Assembly: GCA_002269645.1 (NCBI GenBank)
Contig: NIVC01002006.1
Location: 62,001 to 126,000, forward strand
Reading direction: 5' to 3'
Source of the DNA: Macrostomum lignano
Taxonomy: Eukaryota
DNA length: 64,000 nt
Shown here: positions 59,115-64,000 of the stretch, one piece after another
Layout: each line of letters starts with the position of its first letter
How positions within the stretch are numbered: the stretch's first letter is position 1
Translations under genes and position numbers: made by a program
Notes under the pieces: generated by a model
The model's input: the letters and a program-made list of their open reading frames with translations, nothing else
Told to the model about the DNA's origin: nothing
Database searches by the model: none

Positions 59115-62100
59115 TTAGCGGGAGTTGCTGCTGCCGCTGCGAGACCTGAAATGGACGGTTTAAAGGGAAACAGCAAATTTCAGAACTTGGCGTGGCGTTG
59201 TATAAGACCTTATTATATAGCAACAACTTCACGATATTGAGAGTAATTGCTTTCGATACATGCACAGAAAATAAGCTAAATTTTCTGTAACACTTTCACG
59301 ATTACTTTCGATACATATCGGCTTTATAGAAAATTTAGTAGGTTTGACCTAGTTAACACTTACATAGACTTTCGATACATATCGGCTTTATAGAAAATTT
59401 AGTAGGTTTGACCTAGTTAACACTTACATAGACTTTCGATACATATCGGCTTTATAGAAAATTTAGTAGGTTTGACCTAGTTAACACTTACATAGACTTT
59501 CGATACATATCGGCTTTATAGAAAATTTAGTAGGTTTGACCTAGTTAACACTTACATAGACTTTCGATACATATCGGCTTTATAGAAAATTTAGTAGGTT
59601 TGACCTAGTTAACACTTCTTACATAGACTTTGGATACATATCGGACTATAAAAATTAGTAGCTTCGACCTACTTAACAGTTTTTTAATTTACTTTCGAAA
59701 CATATCGGCTGCATAGAAAAATTCGCAGCCTTAATCTACTTAGCAATTTTTACATATACTTTCGATACATATCGGCTTTATAGAAAATGAGTAGCCTTAA
59801 CCTACTTAACCAGTTTTCTACATTTACTTTCGATACATATCGGCTGCATAAAAGATCTAGCTTAATTTAAGCAGTTTTTAAAGTTAACTTCGATACATAT
59901 CGTCAAACAATTACCTGCGCCTTCGCGGAGGCGGTGAGCGACTGCGACTGCGATCCGAGTAGGACGGGCTGCGCCTAAAAATGACATTGATGGCGAGATA
60001 GTGATGACGATGGATGATTTTTTAGCCAAATATAATCCAGCTGTATTCGGAGAAAACCAGATCGAATGTCAACAGTTGACTGCAGTACAAGTTTACCTAT
60101 ATACATATCTATTCTCAATGCGTGAGTTTACTTGAATATGATAAATAATTAATAATTTAAAACACATTACTGGCATAACTGAACTGACCGAACGGGCTGT
60201 CAGCGCGCGATCGGGCAGAGATTAAACACAGCCAATCACAGCGGGCGCGAGCAGCCAGCTGAAGAAGCTGAGCAGCAGCCTGACAACGTGCAGTAGCAGA
60301 GAGCGGGCAGAATCTCCCCACTATGTATTCGCAAAGCAATTAGAGGCAGATCAAACTGGCTGTGAGGGACCCCGGGGAGAGCATTGTTGCGCAGAGATGC
60401 ACTGCTGCTGCTGCTGAAGATGCTGGTGATGCTGCTGCAGTCACGAGCTGACGCTAGGTCGCTGAATCTAACTTAAGCCTGCCTATTCTTATGCTTAGAC
60501 ATTTAGCTTGAATAAAACTCTTTGGCTTATCCTTAACTTTGATTGCAAAAATGCGCTACATATCGGACAAAAATCTTGTCTTAGTATTATTAGTTTTAAT
60601 AATTTGTAAATTTTGGCTTGATTAAGATTTCTACGCTACATATCGGCAAACGACTTAACATCCACCTGGCCTAGTACTCGTATTTTGTCAGCAACAATGT
60701 AAATTTTGGCTTGATAAAGTTTCTTACGCTACATATCGCCAAACGACTAATCCAAATAGCCTAGTACTTGCATTTTGTCAGCAACAATGTAAATTTTGCC
60801 TTGATAAAGTTACTAACGCTACATATCGGCAATACACTTGTATCCTGATGATCCACCTGCCTGCCTAGTACGAGCTATTATATGCTAGAGATGTGCAGGT
60901 AAGACTAAAATATCTACGACTGCAGCTGTGGCAAATGAGTGTAAATTTTTCTTCAATAAAGTTAGTTACGCTACATATCGGTAAAAGTTACGGATAACCC
61001 CAGTTTAGAGATTTGTCATATCTCTACACTCGGGGCTGAGTGTAAATTTTTGACTCAGCCCCGAGAATGAAGCAAAGGGACTTTTTACTTTTTGTGTCTA
61101 AATGCAATTCTGTTCCTCAAAAAAGATTAGGAATTCTTAAAAAATAAATGCATTGAATTTTACAGGGAAAGACAGCTTGTTATTTTGTACCAACTACTCT
61201 AAGTAGCAGAAACTCCTATTCTCAAGTAGTCGAAGCTCAAGTCTTTCTCTAATTGGTCTGTGCAGCGCGCAAAACTGGGCTGAGCCTGGTGAAGAAGTTT
61301 GTTGCAGTAGAAGATCCTGGAACATTTGTTTGTTGGAACAAATTAAACAGTCAGTAACAAATTTAAGCACCCCAACTTTGAATCAATCAATTAGACAGTT
61401 AGGACTCATGTTTGCGATAAATTTTCTGTTTTTATACAAAATAACATTTAGATATTGCGCGTTAACTTGTTAGACATACTACTGCTCACTTTTACGGAAA
61501 CTTAGTAGTATATGTAATAATGACTTAAAACAGGAAACATTAGATAAAAACAGGTAATGCGCCTTCAGATGTGCAGCTTGGTTTAGAGTAAAAGAACTCA
61601 ATAGAACAAAAATTGATAGAATAGTTCTCGTCTAGGTGGACGCAGAAGGTAAGAAGGTGGAAACGAGAGAGAGAGGAAGGGTAGGGGGTGGGGGAGAGGG
61701 AGGGTAGGGACAGGGGACAAGTGAGGGTGGGTGAGGGGGAGGGTGGGGAGAGGAGCGAGGGAGGGTAGGGAGAGGGGGAATAAAAGCCAGAGGCGAAATC
61801 ACTACGCCCCCAGCCGATGCGCACTGAGAACTGGAGTCAGGCAAAATACAAACAGAAACACCTGCAACAGTCATTGCTCAGCCGTCATTAGCGCAAACAG
61901 TGCAATAAATCCTCACCTGCCCCGCCTGTCCCTATCGTTACTCCGGCTGCGACTGCGGCTCCGGCTTCGACCTCCGCGACCGCCGCCGCCGCCACCCCGC
62001 TTCCTCGGGCAGTTGTAGGCGTAGTGGCCCTTCTCGCCGCAGTCGTAGCACCGGTCGTTGGGATCGAAGCCGCGCCTTGGGCCGCCGCGGTCCCGACCGC

Positions 62101-62371
62101 CACGGTCGAATCCCTTGGGCCTGGAGCGGCCGCTGGACATTTCCACGCGGGCCCGGACGCCGCAAATGGTGGACCCGTCCAGATCGCGGACGGCGTCCTC
62201 GGCGTCGCGCGGATCGTCCATTTCAATGAAGGCAAAGCCGGGCGGATTGCGGGCGATCCACACCTGGCGGACCCGGCCGAACGACTTGAAGGCGCGCTCC
62301 AGTTCGCTCTCGCTGGCGTCGCGCGGCAACTCGCCGACGTAGATTTTGCAATCAAGGCGCATGCCGGACAT
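59115..62371 (-). CDS. SRSF7: Serine/arginine-rich splicing factor with RRM, CCHC zinc knuckle and RS domain (SRSF7/9G8/X16-like)
   Basis: Coding exons 62371-61917, 59974-59915 and 59145-59115 (phases 2,2). RRM KIYVGEL...[32 protein letters not shown]; knuckle [14 protein letters not shown]; RS repeats. A probable non-coding first exon ends at the GTAAGT donor at 63733, splicing to the acceptor at 62387. Confidence 0.93.
59300..59905. repeat. Ten ~64-68-bp units with the conserved core ACTTTCGATACATATCGGCT in the last SR-gene intron
   Basis: Core CG at 59309, 59373, 59437, 59501, 59565 (identical 64-bp units), then at ~59632, 59696, 59763, 59831 and 59891 with diverged flanks. Confidence 0.92.
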
Positions 62372-62419
62372 TGCGGCTGATCGGCTCTGCGTGGGCGGCG
62401 ATGCGTGAGGAAAAGGTAT

Positions 62420-62928
62420 TGGATCCGGTGAGGGAAGGGTCATGGATCCGGTAAGGAAAGGGTCATGGATCCGGTAAGGAAGGGTCATGGATCCGGTGAA
62501 GGAAGGGTCATAGATCCGGTGAGGGAAGGGTCATGGATCCGGTGAGGGAAGGGTCATGGATCCGGTGAGGGAAGGGTCATGGATCCGGTGAGGGAAGGGT
62601 CATGGATCCGGTGAAGGAAGGGTCATGGATCCGGTGAAGGAAAGGTCATGGATCCGGTGAGGGAAGGGGCATGGATCCGGTGAGGGAAGGGTCATGGATC
62701 CGGTGAGGGAAGGGTCATGGATCCGGTGAAGGAAAGGTCATGGATCCGGTGAGGGAAGGGTCATGGATCCGGTGAGGGAAGGGTCATGGATCCGGTGAAG
62801 GAAGGGTCTAGATCCGGTGAAGGAAGGGTCATGGATCCGGTGAAGGAAAGGTCATGGATCCGGTGAGGGAAGGGGCATGGATCCGGTGAAGGAAGGGTCA
62901 TGGATCCGGTGAGGAAAGGGTCATGGAT
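62420..62928. repeat. 23-bp minisatellite (GGATCCGGTGAGGGAAGGGTCAT)n
   Basis: About 22 copies in the SR-gene 5' UTR intron. Confidence 0.96.
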
Positions 62929-63659
62929 GGGTTGTGGGCCGACTCCGAAATGGTCATAGATCATGTCCCCAGAAAATGAGGCTACATGTATTATCTAGCA
63001 TTTATTACCAGTCACACTATTCAGAATATTTAATGCTATTTAGGCCACCCTTGGGGTATGGCAATTGCAAGTGTAAATAATAACTCAAACAACCGAAATC
63101 AAAGCAGATGTCACGGAGTACTTTTTATTAACTTTATAAGAAACGGGCGGACGCAACATAGAAATGCCGTTCGATAACAGGATCAACCAGAAACTTTTAA
63201 TCCTTGAAATCAAACTTGAATTTGGCAAAGCGCTACAAATATTGAATTCTTAATTCATAAGGATTATGGCTTATTGTACACACAGACATACGTACGAGCA
63301 AGTGTTTTCACAAAAGGCCAAAATCCAATTAGCAGGTTTAGTCTCCAACCAGTCAAGTTACGCACTAACGATAATAAAAATTCTACCTCAAAACACGACT
63401 AAAGAGAGGATGATGCCATAAGAGCGTGGGTAAAATGCATCGCAGATTAATAGGGTAATAATTACATGCTTGTCGCAGTTCGAAGTTCCGGGGAATTTTT
63501 TGTGGCTAGCAAATAGCAGTGAGCAAAATTACTAAAGCTAAAAAACACCAGTTTAGGATAGCCGATATGTATCGAAAAATACTTATCAAACCTAATCCGC
63601 ATTTTACTTGAAATCTAGTACAATTCCTACTTTCTTGTCCTAGATAAACGAAGAGAAGC

Positions 63660-63877
63660 ACGTGATCAAGCTTCGCTATCACGTGACAAAACTGAATCAA
63701 ATGAATTTTTTAAAAAGTAGACACTCGACTTACTTATTCGCTGGCTTTTTGTCTGTTTTCTCCCACACATCCCCTTAATTTCATTGCTCATTCTCGCACA
63801 CTCCGCCTAGTGCTGCAATGTACATATTACATCAGTGTTGGCTATTCTTGCCACAGATAACAAATCAGTCACGTGAC
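63660..63877. promoter_or_regulatory. Cluster of three CACGTG E-boxes near the probable SR-gene TSS
   Basis: CACGTGA at ~63659, TATCACGTGAC at ~63678 and GTCACGTGAC at 63868-63877. Confidence 0.4.
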
Positions 63878-64000
63878 TTTCCATTAATAAAAGAACACCG
63901 CTAAATCTAGCTTCAAAATTGAACAGTAGAAAATATTTAGTAGTAGACTCTAAATGTACTTTTTGGTCTCTGTGAAACTGTGCGCGCAAAACTGTGCCTC

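Noticed and set aside
59300-61000. CRISPR-like appearance (conserved semi-palindromic core with variable spacers)
   Set aside because: The spacers are homologous to each other, five units are identical, there are no cas genes, and the context is a eukaryotic intron.
60550-61060. AAATTTTGG as Sm sites of snRNA/SL RNA genes, or ACA boxes of snoRNAs
   Set aside because: No SL exon with a donor, no C/D boxes and no two-hairpin H/ACA fold could be identified by eye; a covariance-model search would be needed.

Overview
Eukaryotic, intron-rich animal DNA. Compact GC-rich exons, introns filled with 10-64 bp minisatellites, and splice acceptors just upstream of start codons resemble a Macrostomum-type flatworm; this is an inference and the species cannot be proven from the window. 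Gene models were assembled by hand with phase-consistent GT-AG introns. In order: an N-acylated NCS/recoverin-like EF-hand protein (-, runs off the left edge), a candidate 89-aa X-box-associated gene (-), a J-domain protein with a C2HC zinc finger (-), a ZDHHC1/11-type palmitoyltransferase (+) whose first intron has U12 (minor spliceosome) signals, an orphan class A peptide-type GPCR (-), a PHYKPL/ETNPPL-like class III PLP enzyme (+), an FHL LIM protein (-), a DMAC2L/ATP5S-like mitochondrial LRR protein (-) lacking its own upstream ATG, and an SRSF7/9G8-like SR protein (-). Mobile DNA includes a full-length but disabled 3.66-kb P-superfamily THAP transposon with a 7-bp TSD, a deleted Tc1 element with TA TSD, an IS630/Tc1 relic and several MITEs. 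Most long ORFs in the supplied track are translations of tandem repeats. The most interesting observations are: (i) a ~45-nt element found only in the SR-gene introns, with one inverted copy upstream and about 15 direct copies downstream, suggesting a docking/selector or back-splicing RNA structure; (ii) the U12 intron; (iii) a probable spliced-leader-donated start codon; (iv) a minisatellite that multiplies a 5' splice site.
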